This document shows positions 34,959 through 44,859 of a DNA stretch of 64,000 nucleotides, in pieces (position 1 is the first letter of the stretch; each line of letters opens with the position of its first letter). Origin of the DNA: Bacteroidota bacterium. Lineage in GTDB: Bacteria; Bacteroidota; Bacteroidia; B-17B0; Aurantibacillaceae. The DNA lies in the NCBI GenBank assembly GCA_021323535.1, contig JAJONO010000004.1:8094-72093 (forward strand), read 5' to 3'. The notes beneath the pieces were generated by a model, which saw only the letters and a list, made by a program, of their open reading frames with translations, searched no databases and had not been told where the DNA came from. The translations under genes and the position numbers were made by a program.

Positions 34959-35616
34959 AGTAATACACTTTGATAAGTGCAGCATCCTTCAGGAAATCAA
35001 TTTTAGTAATGGAAATGCGATGAATATTTAAACCTGTTCGTAGTTTGATATCTGCAATTAATTCGGCTTCCCTGTCGGAACGAACCAATTCTATATTCTC
35101 ATAAACAATAACCTTGGCTGCCTCTTTTTTAATGAACAGGTTGGTCTCAAAGATCCACGCCGTACCAATGATAATTGCATTGATAAGAACAAGAAAAAGA
35201 TTTTCAAGAAGATCGGATGTGTTCTTAATTTTAGTAACAGCCGCAATAAGTCCGATAGCGATAACAAGGAAGAGATAACTCATATCCTTGATGCTGATGT
35301 CCTCCGTCCTGTACCTAAGCATGCTAAACACCGCGAAGAGACCAAAGGCCGCGCCCATACTCAGCTCCACTTTATTAAGAAGAAAACAGATAAGGAAGAT
35401 GATGATGTTGAAGATAAAGAAGGTAAAGAACAGGTCGCTTCTTTTATACGTTCTGTAATACACAAACCTGATAAGGACAAGCACGGATACAAAATCGATA
35501 AGAAAACGCCATTGAAACTTGCGGATCGTTTTAAACAGTTCAACGAAATTATCGTCACTCAGACTATTTATTGTATCAGTTACCGTTTCGTCGGTAGCTA
35601 CTTGTAATAACATCAT
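34945..35616 (-). CDS. DUF4956-like polytopic membrane protein
   Basis: About 5 TM helices followed by a soluble C-terminal domain; lies downstream of the VTC-domain gene, its usual partner. Confidence 0.65.
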   Translation of the reverse strand: MMLLQVATDETVTDTINSLSDDNFVELFKTIRKFQWRFLIDFVSVLVLIRFVYYRTYKRSDLFFTFFIFNIIIFLICFLLNKVELSMGAAFGLFAVFSMLRYRTEDISIKDMSYLFLVIAIGLIAAVTKIKNTSDLLENLFLVLINAIIIGTAWIFETNLFIKKEAAKVIVYENIELVRSDREAELIADIKLRTGLNIHRISITKIDFLKDAALIKVYYYEKN

Positions 35617-36415
35617 GGTTTATTATGTGTTTTAGGGAGAATAGTTTTTCTTTAAAGTTATTCTTTTTCACATTATCACGTGTGAAGGCAATGGCAAAAC
35701 AATATTTACTGATGGACCCTTCACGAATGTGGTGTTTCTTCATAATGACCAGGAACGCCGAGGCTCTTCTCTTTTCCTGTTTTACTTCCGCTATTACAAG
35801 ATTATCGAGTAAGGTTTTTTCGCTGCCATTTACGAATTCCAGGTTAAGGTCAATCGTTACTCTCTCGGCGGTTTCGCGGTTTACCAGTGTAATTCTTCCG
35901 TAATTGATCCATACAACAGGCACAAGCGTTTTAGGGTTGAATGGCAATTCGGAGGATAAAAATTTACAGGCATCCTCATTAAAATTATCTTCCGCTGTTT
36001 TTTGTTTTATTCTTTCCTTAATGGTTCTGCCTTTGTTGTTCTTAAACTTTACTTCCAGGTAACCTAAATTTGACTCAACATAAGTTCTGTGCCTGATCTT
36101 ATAACGGTTAAGCGCACCACTATGATGCTTGTTATAAAGCATGAAATCGCCTGTATCATAATACAAAGTCTGGTAACGGCTTATACGCTCTTTCCCAATT
36201 TCGAGACATCTGTAAAAAGGTTCCGCTTCTTTAAGTATATCGGCGAGCTGGCTCAGCTTAAAAGTGAATTTGGTATCTGTACGATCCATTAACTTCACGC
36301 CATCCATTTCTTTTAAAGTAATGGGGGAAAATGCGGTAAGTATGTCTTTATAATCACTCAACTTTTTTTGTAACGTACGTGTATTTTTTTGTGGACACGA
36401 GATTGTTATTCGCAT
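35576..36415 (-). CDS. VTC-domain (CYTH/TTM-fold, polyphosphate-polymerase-like) protein
   Basis: DRTDTKFTF beta1 motif and YYDTGDFMLYNKHHSGALNRYKIRHRTY...LEVKFK pattern. An alternative TTG start at 36361 would reduce the overlap with the upstream gene to 8 nt. Confidence 0.7.
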   Translation of the reverse strand: MRITISCPQKNTRTLQKKLSDYKDILTAFSPITLKEMDGVKLMDRTDTKFTFKLSQLADILKEAEPFYRCLEIGKERISRYQTLYYDTGDFMLYNKHHSGALNRYKIRHRTYVESNLGYLEVKFKNNKGRTIKERIKQKTAEDNFNEDACKFLSSELPFNPKTLVPVVWINYGRITLVNRETAERVTIDLNLEFVNGSEKTLLDNLVIAEVKQEKRRASAFLVIMKKHHIREGSISKYCFAIAFTRDNVKKNNFKEKLFSLKHIINHDVITSSYRRNGN

Positions 36416-36854
36416 CGTAAGTTTTTTTCTCGGATTTAAATCCTTTTGAATCGTAAGTATAAACCGATTTCTTAAGAACCTTATTGTCTTTATCGGTTAC
36501 CAGTTCTTCTACCTTCTCGCCAAGACCATTGTATTTGTATTGTCTTTTTTCTTTTAGAGCGCCTTTCTCATCGTACTCCGCTTCTTCCACAACATCACCG
36601 TCTTTATTGTTTTTATATTTAACGGTAGATTTAATAGTTCCTTCTTTGTCGTAATTTACTTCCTCAATAACCTCACCGTTTCCGTCATACGTTGTTTTTG
36701 AATCGTTTACAGTTTTGGAACCATGGGTTTCGGTTACAACAATGGCACGCACGCCATATTTTTTAATTTCCTTCTTCTTTTGTCCGAACGAAACATTAAC
36801 CAGGAACAGGGCCAGTATTACCGGCAGAACATATTTTAGTTTCTTCTTAATCAT
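36354..36854 (-). CDS. Secreted repeat protein (YD-like ~24-aa repeats)
   Basis: Signal peptide and iterated x-Y-D-x-x-G-x-x-x-E-E units (TYDGNGEVIEE, NYDKEGTIKS, EYDEKGALKE, YTYDSKGFKSE, TYDANNNLVS). Confidence 0.6.
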   Translation of the reverse strand: MIKKKLKYVLPVILALFLVNVSFGQKKKEIKKYGVRAIVVTETHGSKTVNDSKTTYDGNGEVIEEVNYDKEGTIKSTVKYKNNKDGDVVEEAEYDEKGALKEKRQYKYNGLGEKVEELVTDKDNKVLKKSVYTYDSKGFKSEKKTYDANNNLVSTKKYTYVTKKVE

Positions 36855-37260
36855 AAACAGTAAATTGATCCGTTGTTACAGTTTGTTTTTTATCAGTGAT
36901 CTCCACATCTTTTACAATGGCAACGTCTCCCGATACAGATTGTAACGTTTTATCCTTCGAATACACGTAAATTTTATATTTTCCTTTTCTTAAATATCTG
37001 AATTCAAATTCACCGTTATAATTAGCCCGCGTTCTATCGTCGTAACTTACATTATCTCCGTAAATAATGTACACATCGGCATCGGCAGCCGGATATTCTC
37101 TTTGTTTAACAGTAAAGGCCGCGTTCCAATCTTCAATAAGAATGCTTCCTCTTATACTTGAATTGCCTCCTTCACCTGCTGTTTTTTTACAGGAGAAAAA
37201 TCCCGGTATGATCGCAACTAAAAATAACAGTTGCGTTAGTTTAATCTTTGAAGAAATCAT
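36847..37260 (-). CDS. Small lipoprotein with a carboxypeptidase-regulatory-like beta-sandwich pattern
   Basis: Lipobox PGFFSC; NGEFEFRYLRKGKYKIYVYS motif. Confidence 0.55.
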   Translation of the reverse strand: MISSKIKLTQLLFLVAIIPGFFSCKKTAGEGGNSSIRGSILIEDWNAAFTVKQREYPAADADVYIIYGDNVSYDDRTRANYNGEFEFRYLRKGKYKIYVYSKDKTLQSVSGDVAIVKDVEITDKKQTVTTDQFTVYD

Positions 37261-37273
37261 GAAATAAAATTAG

Positions 37274-39544
37274 TTAATTATTAATGATCAGTTTTTTTGT
37301 TAAGTTATTGCATCTCACAAAATAAATTCCGTTCTGCCAGCCACTACTTGAAATAACCGACTGACCGGTAAAACTGCCCTCATAAACTTTCTGACCAATG
37401 GCATTTAAAACTTCTACATTACAAGTTTTTCCAGCATCGTCTTTCACTATAAAGAAATTTTTTGCCGGATTAGGATAAACCGAAAATTCATTCAGTTTGT
37501 TTACATTTTCTTTTACTCCAACCACACAGTTATTTGTTCCTGGTGTTGTAGATGGCCTTATTGAGAAAGGACCACTACCATCCGGACATCTTCCATAAGA
37601 AATATCAGGAGTTTGTCCTCCAAAAGTAACGCTGTCAATAATTCCTGTAAGCCCATCACTCAGCATCACTTTTTCTCCGTTCTCGTTCAGTTTAAAGTTG
37701 GTGTGCACCTGCGTTACTGTTATATCCTGATTATCGGCCCAAACCAGCATGTAAGAATAAGGCTGCATGACCGTGTTTGCCGGGAAAGCGTATTTTGATT
37801 TGTTGGCGTAATCATCGGTAAGATAAAATCCACTAAGACTTAAAGGAACGGGTGAATTATTATACAATTCGATCCAGTCTTCGTTGGTGCTGAATTCATT
37901 CACAAGATCACTCTGGTTGTTAGCGAGAATCTCATTCACAACAATTTGTCCGGCTGTTGGACTGGCCAACGCGTAAAGAGAATGAAATTCATGTTCTGCT
38001 CTTTCGGGAGAAAAAATTCCAGCGTTGTTGTTCTCGGCGTAAACATAATATTGCGCCTGGTTGGCACTTAATGTAAATGTAATTCCGTACTTATTGTCGC
38101 CGGCTGCTCCATCGTTATGCAAACCGTCATCATACATCAGACTACGAACAAATTTTGCCGCGGTGCCAAACCTGTATCCGAGAAAAACCGCATTGGAGTT
38201 GGCATTGGTAACATTAGCTGTAATTGTAACAGCCGTGTTTAATGTTGGAGTTGTTACAGTGGCGCCTGGCGAATTGATCACCGGAGCACTTACTGTGAAC
38301 TCGGGTTGTGACTGAAGATAAGGGATCCTCGCTGCCATCAGCGTCTGAATTCCCGGAACTGAATAGGTGCCTACAGAGTAATTTGTGTTAAGCCCGTTCT
38401 GAAATTGAGTATAAGAATAAAATTTCTTAGTATCGCTTTGAACCGCTGTGTCAACAACGTTTTTATAGTTATTGTACATTGTTACATACTGGTTACCTGC
38501 AAAAAATTCATTCAACATGGTTCTCATATGAGCCACATACATTCTTTTATAAACCGGATTATTGTAAATGGCACCTATCAAAGGCCAATAAGCATCCGAA
38601 GAATGAATATTGATTGGCAGATTCTGTAATCCTGAAATACTCTGACTGGCAAGGCTCGAATTCAGGCTCCCAACAAAAGGAAATCCACCGAAACTCATAT
38701 TCAGATCCCACACAACAGGATTAAAATGATTGGTCTGATCTTTATAGAGATAATAATTCTGGCAGAAGGCGCCACTGTAACTATCTAAGTTTACGAGCAC
38801 ACTATTGTATGCCAGCATCCAGATCATACGATCAACATCTACAATGGTTGAAATGTTATTTGGCTTATTGGTTACACTGTCGCAAAGAGCAACGAGATTG
38901 TTCCAGCCATAATTCGATTTCAGTTCGTAAAAATTAAAGTAAGCACTACTATCACCAGCAAGGGTTTTAAGATTTGATTTTGTATTCGTACCCGGCGTTA
39001 CATTCGGATTGCACTTAAAAAAAGTTCCGTTATTAGAGAAGAAATGGTTTGCACAGAATTTTTTGTTCACAGATTCCGTATTACTGTAAACCCCCATATA
39101 AATGCCATTGATATAAACCTGCGCGAAATTTGCCTGTGGCGAATGCATATAATTCCCAAGAATGTTGTAGGCCAGAACCTCGCGCATCATTGACGGATCG
39201 TGATAACCGTTGCTTAATTTAATATCCTGAAAACCCTGGTAATTCTGACTCTTGTAAGTATCAAGTTCGACGTGAATCGGGTTTTTTGCGTTGGTTGAAT
39301 CATAAGAACTGTTTCCTTTATATTTTACTCCTACACTATCGTAATAGGTTCCATTGATCTTCACCCATTGCGCCATAAGATATCCCCCGGCATTCAGCGA
39401 AGCTGTATCCAGCATGTAATCCCAATTTGGCTGAGTAAAGCTGATTTCTATTTTCTGAATCGCAGAAGGATTATAGAAAGACTGGCTGTAACAATTAAAA
39501 CTAATTATTAAAAAAAGTAAGGCGGTTCTAAGATTCCTGGTCAT
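37274..39544 (-). CDS. CotH-family (atypical kinase) protein with lamin-tail domain and T9SS type-A C-terminal sorting domain
   Basis: CotH-like N-terminal ~480 aa (INGTYYDSVGVKYKGNSSY...). Lamin-tail-domain segment IVVNEILANN...DWIELYNNS...GFYLTDD. C-terminal domain FSVYPNPAKN...GIYFVRC.... Confidence 0.75.
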   Translation of the reverse strand: MTRNLRTALLFLIISFNCYSQSFYNPSAIQKIEISFTQPNWDYMLDTASLNAGGYLMAQWVKINGTYYDSVGVKYKGNSSYDSTNAKNPIHVELDTYKSQNYQGFQDIKLSNGYHDPSMMREVLAYNILGNYMHSPQANFAQVYINGIYMGVYSNTESVNKKFCANHFFSNNGTFFKCNPNVTPGTNTKSNLKTLAGDSSAYFNFYELKSNYGWNNLVALCDSVTNKPNNISTIVDVDRMIWMLAYNSVLVNLDSYSGAFCQNYYLYKDQTNHFNPVVWDLNMSFGGFPFVGSLNSSLASQSISGLQNLPINIHSSDAYWPLIGAIYNNPVYKRMYVAHMRTMLNEFFAGNQYVTMYNNYKNVVDTAVQSDTKKFYSYTQFQNGLNTNYSVGTYSVPGIQTLMAARIPYLQSQPEFTVSAPVINSPGATVTTPTLNTAVTITANVTNANSNAVFLGYRFGTAAKFVRSLMYDDGLHNDGAAGDNKYGITFTLSANQAQYYVYAENNNAGIFSPERAEHEFHSLYALASPTAGQIVVNEILANNQSDLVNEFSTNEDWIELYNNSPVPLSLSGFYLTDDYANKSKYAFPANTVMQPYSYMLVWADNQDITVTQVHTNFKLNENGEKVMLSDGLTGIIDSVTFGGQTPDISYGRCPDGSGPFSIRPSTTPGTNNCVVGVKENVNKLNEFSVYPNPAKNFFIVKDDAGKTCNVEVLNAIGQKVYEGSFTGQSVISSSGWQNGIYFVRCNNLTKKLIINN

Positions 39545-40530
39545 TATTCTTTTATTAATTTCTGAGTCTGACTAATGTTGTTATTTCCAAACGCTCTTAC
39601 AAAATAAATTCCTTTACCAAGACCTGAAACATCTATTATGCCTGATGCCGGTAATTCTCTTAAGATGATTACTTGTTTTCCGGTATTATCAAATACAACC
39701 ACCGAAGTAACTGAACCTGATTTTAAGTGAAGCGTCACCAGATTTGCCGCCGGATTGGGAGACATTCTGAAGATCTGCTCTGCTAATGAATTCTCTTTCA
39801 CTCCTACAACACAAGCCGAACAACCTTCGAAACAAACAACCGGTAAAATGGAATCCTTTGGAAGTCCAGTAGTTCTCATCCCAGAAGTGGCGCAACCGCC
39901 AGGAACAGTTTCCGCATTACCAGAAGTATTTCCATTATAATATTTGAAAGAATAATTTCCTGTAGTTACATAGTTAATGATTTCATACACACCGCTTCCA
40001 AAACTATATAGACGGATCTTTGCCGGATCAGGCTGATAACTTGTTGTGACATGCACACCATTTGAAGATACCGTTCCGGCATTACTCATGTCCACTTTAT
40101 ACCTTATAAGAGTTTTTCCTGCAGGTGAATTTCCTGAAAATTTTACTGCACCTAGAAATGTTGTATCGTTTGTTAAAGAATCTACATACAACCAACGGTT
40201 GTCGTTGAAACCATAACCAACACGCGCTTCATCGGGAACAAATTCGGCTTCGTAGCTCTGGTCGCCATCCACAAACTTGAATTCGTATTTCTGAAAAGCA
40301 GGAAGATCTACAACAATGCTATAAATATTACTTGAACCTTCCTGTGTAAGTGTAGTTGCTCCAGCATCCCAATCTGCCGAAAATCCGGCAATGACCTGGA
40401 AATCGCCCATAACATGTATTCCGTTAGGACTGATGGTAAATGTGGTCATATCTACAGCGAATTTCACTTTTTTTGCGCTGAGCGATCCTATTAGAAAGAA
40501 CAATGCGATTGTGGTGAGAAAATTTTTCAT
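39544..40530 (-). CDS. T9SS-exported protein with two CBM/starch-binding-like beta-sandwich repeats
   Basis: Signal peptide; duplicated KVKFAVDMT...GIHVMGDFQ and LIRYKVDMS...GVHVTTSYQ modules; C-terminal domain FRMSPNPAAN...GIYFVRA.... Confidence 0.6.
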   Translation of the reverse strand: MKNFLTTIALFFLIGSLSAKKVKFAVDMTTFTISPNGIHVMGDFQVIAGFSADWDAGATTLTQEGSSNIYSIVVDLPAFQKYEFKFVDGDQSYEAEFVPDEARVGYGFNDNRWLYVDSLTNDTTFLGAVKFSGNSPAGKTLIRYKVDMSNAGTVSSNGVHVTTSYQPDPAKIRLYSFGSGVYEIINYVTTGNYSFKYYNGNTSGNAETVPGGCATSGMRTTGLPKDSILPVVCFEGCSACVVGVKENSLAEQIFRMSPNPAANLVTLHLKSGSVTSVVVFDNTGKQVIILRELPASGIIDVSGLGKGIYFVRAFGNNNISQTQKLIKE

Positions 40531-40531
40531 A

Positions 40532-42220
40532 TTATTTAATGAGGCTTATTTTTTTGTTAATGTTAAGTCCGTTTGCATTGCTGATGTTAAGAATATATAA
40601 TCCACCTGATAATTGCGAAAGGTCAATTCTTGTTTCGTTTTTCTCAAGAACAATCTTTCCCGTGTTATCGAATACTGTAACTTTTAATGTGCTTTCATCC
40701 ATTCCTTTTACATCAATAATAACGTTACCATTGGTTGGGTTAGGATAAACAGTAATGGAGTTTGACGCATCATCTTTTTGAATCGCTGTTGGCATTGCCG
40801 GATTAAATCCTGCCGAATAAACGTAAACACATCCATTGGCGTCTGTTGTTCTTACAACGAAAATACCAACCTGCGAAGGTGTGTAGGTTTGCGAAGTGGC
40901 CCCCGGTATAAGGTCGCCATTAAAATACCATTGGTAAGAACTTGCTGTAGTTGAAACCAGATCGGTGCCACTCAGAGTGATAGTTGGCTGTGGTGGCGCG
41001 GGGTTATTAATGAAGCAGGTGGAATAGCGATGAGCCTGCGGAGTTACACCTGAAGTTGATTTTGTCCACAATACATTTCCTGCAGCATCAATTTCATAAA
41101 TTGTTCCTGCAGTCGCGAGACAAACCATCTGATTTCCATTTGGAAATTGTTCAGAATTACCCATGTTACTTGTATAGCCTGTAGAAGTATGACGGCTACC
41201 ATAAGTTGCCGGAGTGTAAGCATTTCCTAAATTGACCGTGTAATTGTAGTTCACGCGTGGTATTGTAATATGATCAACGGTAGTTTTATTGGAAGGCACG
41301 GTTACACCTTTATTATTTAAACCAACAAGGTTACCCGTACCAGGAACGCCTTCAGGAATAAAATGCGCGTCGTGAGTTACATTAAGAATAGCGCTTCCAC
41401 TTGCCTGGTAAGCCCAGGGATTCCCCCAGCGGTATAAAATATCTCCACCCTTTCCAGCATTTCCTCCCGCGTGGGAGGCAGCTTCTGCAGTAGTTGTACT
41501 ATGATCGATGATGTACCACTCGTTAAGATTATGCGAACTTAACGCGATCTGATCGAGGATAGGATTATAATCAACACCATTCATGTGTATCCAGTCTTTT
41601 TGTAGCTGGTAATTTATATTCAATAACTGAGGATTATTTACAATTGACGGCTGATAATTTGCGCCTGAAATATTTGTATTCTGTACAAGATGGTCCCAAA
41701 CGTTCCATTGCCAAACAATAATAGCGGAGTTGGTTCCAACAGGCTTCAGTTCCATAATTTTTTCAGACCACACGGTAATTGACGTTCCTCCTGCTGCAAC
41801 TACCTGCGCCGGGGTTTTTACATCGTAACTGATCACAAGAACGTTGCCGTTTGGCATTGGACAAATATCGTGATGAAGACAATATGAGGATGAAGAATGG
41901 GTCCATTCCCACAACAACGTATTTGCAGAGCTCCATTTCTGTATTTTGCCATGCATCCCTCCACCAACGAGTGCATTCCCGCTGTTGATAACGGTTCTCC
42001 ACAAGGTTCCGCCTGGTGTAAGGTATTGCGAATAACCATTTCCTCCGCCGGTACAGCTGTATGTTTTAATTACTGTACTTGCTGTATCAATAAGATAAAT
42101 GTAATTCGATGACGAATTCCCATATAGAGTAAGTCCATCCCATTGCTGCGCTGAAACGCGGATAGTAAAAAGGCTGATTAAAGCCATTAATGTAAACTTG
42201 TTGTAAATTGATCTCATCAT
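40532..42220 (-). CDS. Arylsulfotransferase (ASST)-like beta-propeller protein with Ig-like domain and T9SS type-A sorting domain
   Basis: Signal peptide; ASST-like LLWEW...and VWQWNVWDHLVQ motifs; C-terminal domain ITVYPNPTNGNV...GLYILNI.... Confidence 0.6.
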   Translation of the reverse strand: MMRSIYNKFTLMALISLFTIRVSAQQWDGLTLYGNSSSNYIYLIDTASTVIKTYSCTGGGNGYSQYLTPGGTLWRTVINSGNALVGGGMHGKIQKWSSANTLLWEWTHSSSSYCLHHDICPMPNGNVLVISYDVKTPAQVVAAGGTSITVWSEKIMELKPVGTNSAIIVWQWNVWDHLVQNTNISGANYQPSIVNNPQLLNINYQLQKDWIHMNGVDYNPILDQIALSSHNLNEWYIIDHSTTTAEAASHAGGNAGKGGDILYRWGNPWAYQASGSAILNVTHDAHFIPEGVPGTGNLVGLNNKGVTVPSNKTTVDHITIPRVNYNYTVNLGNAYTPATYGSRHTSTGYTSNMGNSEQFPNGNQMVCLATAGTIYEIDAAGNVLWTKSTSGVTPQAHRYSTCFINNPAPPQPTITLSGTDLVSTTASSYQWYFNGDLIPGATSQTYTPSQVGIFVVRTTDANGCVYVYSAGFNPAMPTAIQKDDASNSITVYPNPTNGNVIIDVKGMDESTLKVTVFDNTGKIVLEKNETRIDLSQLSGGLYILNISNANGLNINKKISLIK

Positions 42221-42557
42221 TGTAAATTTAATATAAAGCTAAAATATCCCAATCATTAAATATAATAAAATAATTGAGGCAAATCCTGCTTTTTTGAGGC
42301 TAAAACGCAAACTAAATTTTAGCCTGACTTTTGTTTAAAACCTTGTTAAAAGGTCCCTTTTTCAAAATATTGTCCCATCGGAAGTTCAATATTCTTCTGC
42401 AAGGAGAATGGGCTTATTTTTAACATCTTTAATCGCTGAAAAGATATAATGAAGGAACTGCATTCTTATGAAGTACACTCTGGGAAAGGAATTCATAATG
42501 AATTAGTGCTACAATTTCAATAAAAATTCAAGCATCAATCTCCTTTGCGGTAAAATA

Positions 42558-43097
42558 TTAACGGCTTGAAATAAACTTTAAAAAACCCTCAAGTTGTAAT
42601 TTGCAAACCCTCACTTGTTCAGGATGATTGAATGCGCCATTTTCGTCCAGAAGTTTATCTATCGAAGAAATTGGGAGTTTATTATGGTACACATTCATTT
42701 TCAGATAATTCAACACACCGGTAAGATGTTCCATACCTCGCAGGTTACCGGCGCGTCCGTTCGAAACACCAACCAGGCACGCGAACTTATCCATCCATTC
42801 TTTTGGGTGAACAGAATCCAGAAAAACCTTTAGTATTCCGGGAAAGCTTCCGTTGTATTCAGGAGCAACAAAAATGAATTTTGTATTTGGACTTACCCAT
42901 TTTTCGAGCAATTTTGCATATCCTTCGGTTCTTTTTCCATGGACTTCTGCAAAAGCCACATTTTCAGGAAGTTCGCAAAGATCCAGAATTTCAGACTCAA
43001 TATTAATGGAACTTAAAATGTCTTTATAAATCTTGCACACCCTGAAAGTATTGCTGGCGGGGCGATTTGTAGAACTGATAATTATTATTCTTTCCAT
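42558..43097 (-). CDS. NAD(P)H-dependent FMN reductase family protein
   Basis: IIIISSTNRPASNT and VAPEYNGSFPGILKVFLD motifs; Met at 43097 preferred over the ORF-track start at 43142. Confidence 0.75.
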   Translation of the reverse strand: MERIIIISSTNRPASNTFRVCKIYKDILSSINIESEILDLCELPENVAFAEVHGKRTEGYAKLLEKWVSPNTKFIFVAPEYNGSFPGILKVFLDSVHPKEWMDKFACLVGVSNGRAGNLRGMEHLTGVLNYLKMNVYHNKLPISSIDKLLDENGAFNHPEQVRVCKLQLEGFLKFISSR

Positions 43098-43214
43098 AAA
43101 ATTTATCAACACAAGCCCTTTTGTTTTCAAGAGTTTGTTCAAAACTAAGAAGCGACAAAGTCCGTAATTCTCTTAATTTTACAAAAATCAAATTCTAATT
43201 TTTGTTTCTGATTT

Positions 43215-43895
43215 ATGAACATTACCTATTTCGGGCATTCCTGTTTTGGAGTTGAAATCAATGGAAAGCATCTGCTGTTCGATCCGTTCATTAGTCCCAA
43301 CGAACTTGCCAAAGGAATTGATGTAAATTCCGTAAAAGCGGATTACATTCTGATTTCGCACGGGCATGAAGATCATATTGCCGATGCTGTTAGTATCGCG
43401 AAACGTACTAAAGCGAAAGTGATCTGTGCCTGGGAAATTAATGTCTGGCTCACCAAACAAGGCGTTGAGAACATCCATCCGATGAATACCGGGGGAAAAG
43501 TAAAATTTGATTTCGGAAACATAAAATGTGTTGTAGCTGTTCACAGCAGCGGTTTACCCGACGGAACTTATGGAGGCAACCCTATGGGGTTTGTAGTGGA
43601 AAGCAGCGAAGGAAGTTTTTACTATGCCGGCGATACTGCGCTTACATACGACATGAAGCTGATTGGCGATTACAGGTCGATTGACTTCGCGTTTTTACCA
43701 ATAGGCGACAACTTCACAATGGGAGTCGACAATGCTATCATTGCCTGCGATTTTATCAATTGCGAAGATATCATTGGCATGCACTACGACACATTCGGAT
43801 TTATAAAAATTGATAAGGAAGAGGCCGTCGCCAAATTCAGAGGCGCGGGCAATTCTCTTACCTTAATGAACATTGGAGAAACGATAAAAAAATGA
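43215..43895 (+). CDS. UPF0173-type metal-dependent hydrolase (metallo-beta-lactamase fold)
   Basis: MNITYFGHSCF..., ISHGHEDH metal motif. Confidence 0.85.
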   Translation: MNITYFGHSCFGVEINGKHLLFDPFISPNELAKGIDVNSVKADYILISHGHEDHIADAVSIAKRTKAKVICAWEINVWLTKQGVENIHPMNTGGKVKFDFGNIKCVVAVHSSGLPDGTYGGNPMGFVVESSEGSFYYAGDTALTYDMKLIGDYRSIDFAFLPIGDNFTMGVDNAIIACDFINCEDIIGMHYDTFGFIKIDKEEAVAKFRGAGNSLTLMNIGETIKK

Positions 43896-43949
43896 TGTTA
43901 GCCTCAGCGAGCTATCGACTATAAACTATCATCTATAAACTAAAGAACC

Positions 43950-44783
43950 ATGGGAAAAATAATAGCAATTGCAAACCAAAAAGGAGGAGTTGGAAAAACC
44001 ACTACCGCCATCAACTTAGCTGCCAGCCTTGCAGTATTAGAGTACAAAACGTTGTTGGTGGATGCCGATCCGCAATCTAATGCCACATCAGGTGTAGGGA
44101 TTGATCCGGCAAATGTAAAGGCAGGTTTATACGAGTGTATCATTGATAGTTTGCACCCGAAAGACGTGATCCTTAAAACGGAAACACCACACCTTTCGTT
44201 ATTGCCTACCAATGCAGATCTTGTTGGTGTTGAACTTGAACTGGTAAACCTTACCAACCGCGAGTACATGATGAAAAAAGCATTGGATAAGATCAAAGAC
44301 AAATACGATTTTATTATTGTTGACTGTTGTCCTTCACTCGGACTGACTGTAATTAATTCATTGTGCGCTTCCGACAGCGTTATTATTCCTGTGCAATGTG
44401 AATATTTCGCTTTAGAAGGCATGGGCAAGCTGTTACAGACGATCAAAATTGTTCAGACACATCTTAACACCAATCTTGATATAGAGGGTGTGTTGTTAAC
44501 TATGTACGACGGACGTTTACGTTTGGCTAACCAGGTTGTGGAAGAGGTTAAAACCCATTTCCAGGATATGGTATTTGATACGCTCATTGGACGTAACACC
44601 AAATTAGCAGAAGCCCCAAGCTTCGGAAAAACGATCATTATGCACGATGCTATCGGAAAAGGATCTACAAGCTACCTCAACCTTGCCCGTGAAATTCTGC
44701 AACGTAATGGTTTAACAAAAATCAGCGACAGCGACAGAACCATCAGCATACAGGAAGAAGAAGAATTAAGCGAAGACATCTAG
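43950..44783 (+). CDS. parA: Chromosome partitioning ATPase ParA/Soj
   Basis: Deviant Walker A KGGVGKTTTAINLA, and DCCPSLG. Confidence 0.9.
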   Translation: MGKIIAIANQKGGVGKTTTAINLAASLAVLEYKTLLVDADPQSNATSGVGIDPANVKAGLYECIIDSLHPKDVILKTETPHLSLLPTNADLVGVELELVNLTNREYMMKKALDKIKDKYDFIIVDCCPSLGLTVINSLCASDSVIIPVQCEYFALEGMGKLLQTIKIVQTHLNTNLDIEGVLLTMYDGRLRLANQVVEEVKTHFQDMVFDTLIGRNTKLAEAPSFGKTIIMHDAIGKGSTSYLNLAREILQRNGLTKISDSDRTISIQEEEELSEDI

Positions 44784-44786
44784 CAG

Positions 44787-44859
44787 GTTGAATGTTGAAA
44801 GTTTAAAGTTGAACGTTATTGTCAACTGCCTTTCAGCCTTCATCTTTCAACTTTAAACT
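44787..44859. repeat. GTTGAA word repeat and 14-bp inverted repeat in the parA-parB spacer
   Basis: GTTGAA x3 (44787-44813). AGTTTAAAGTTGAA (44800-44813) is the reverse complement of TTCAACTTTAAACT (44846-44859). Confidence 0.7.

Noticed and set aside
43940-44446. 168-aa minus-strand ORF entirely inside parA
   Set aside because: It is antisense to a strongly supported ParA CDS, has a low-complexity composition and carries no motif. It is a typical shadow ORF. The same reasoning applies to 45776-46165, 47504-48010, 9284-9961, 53559-53966 and the many short ORFs inside 48467-53341.
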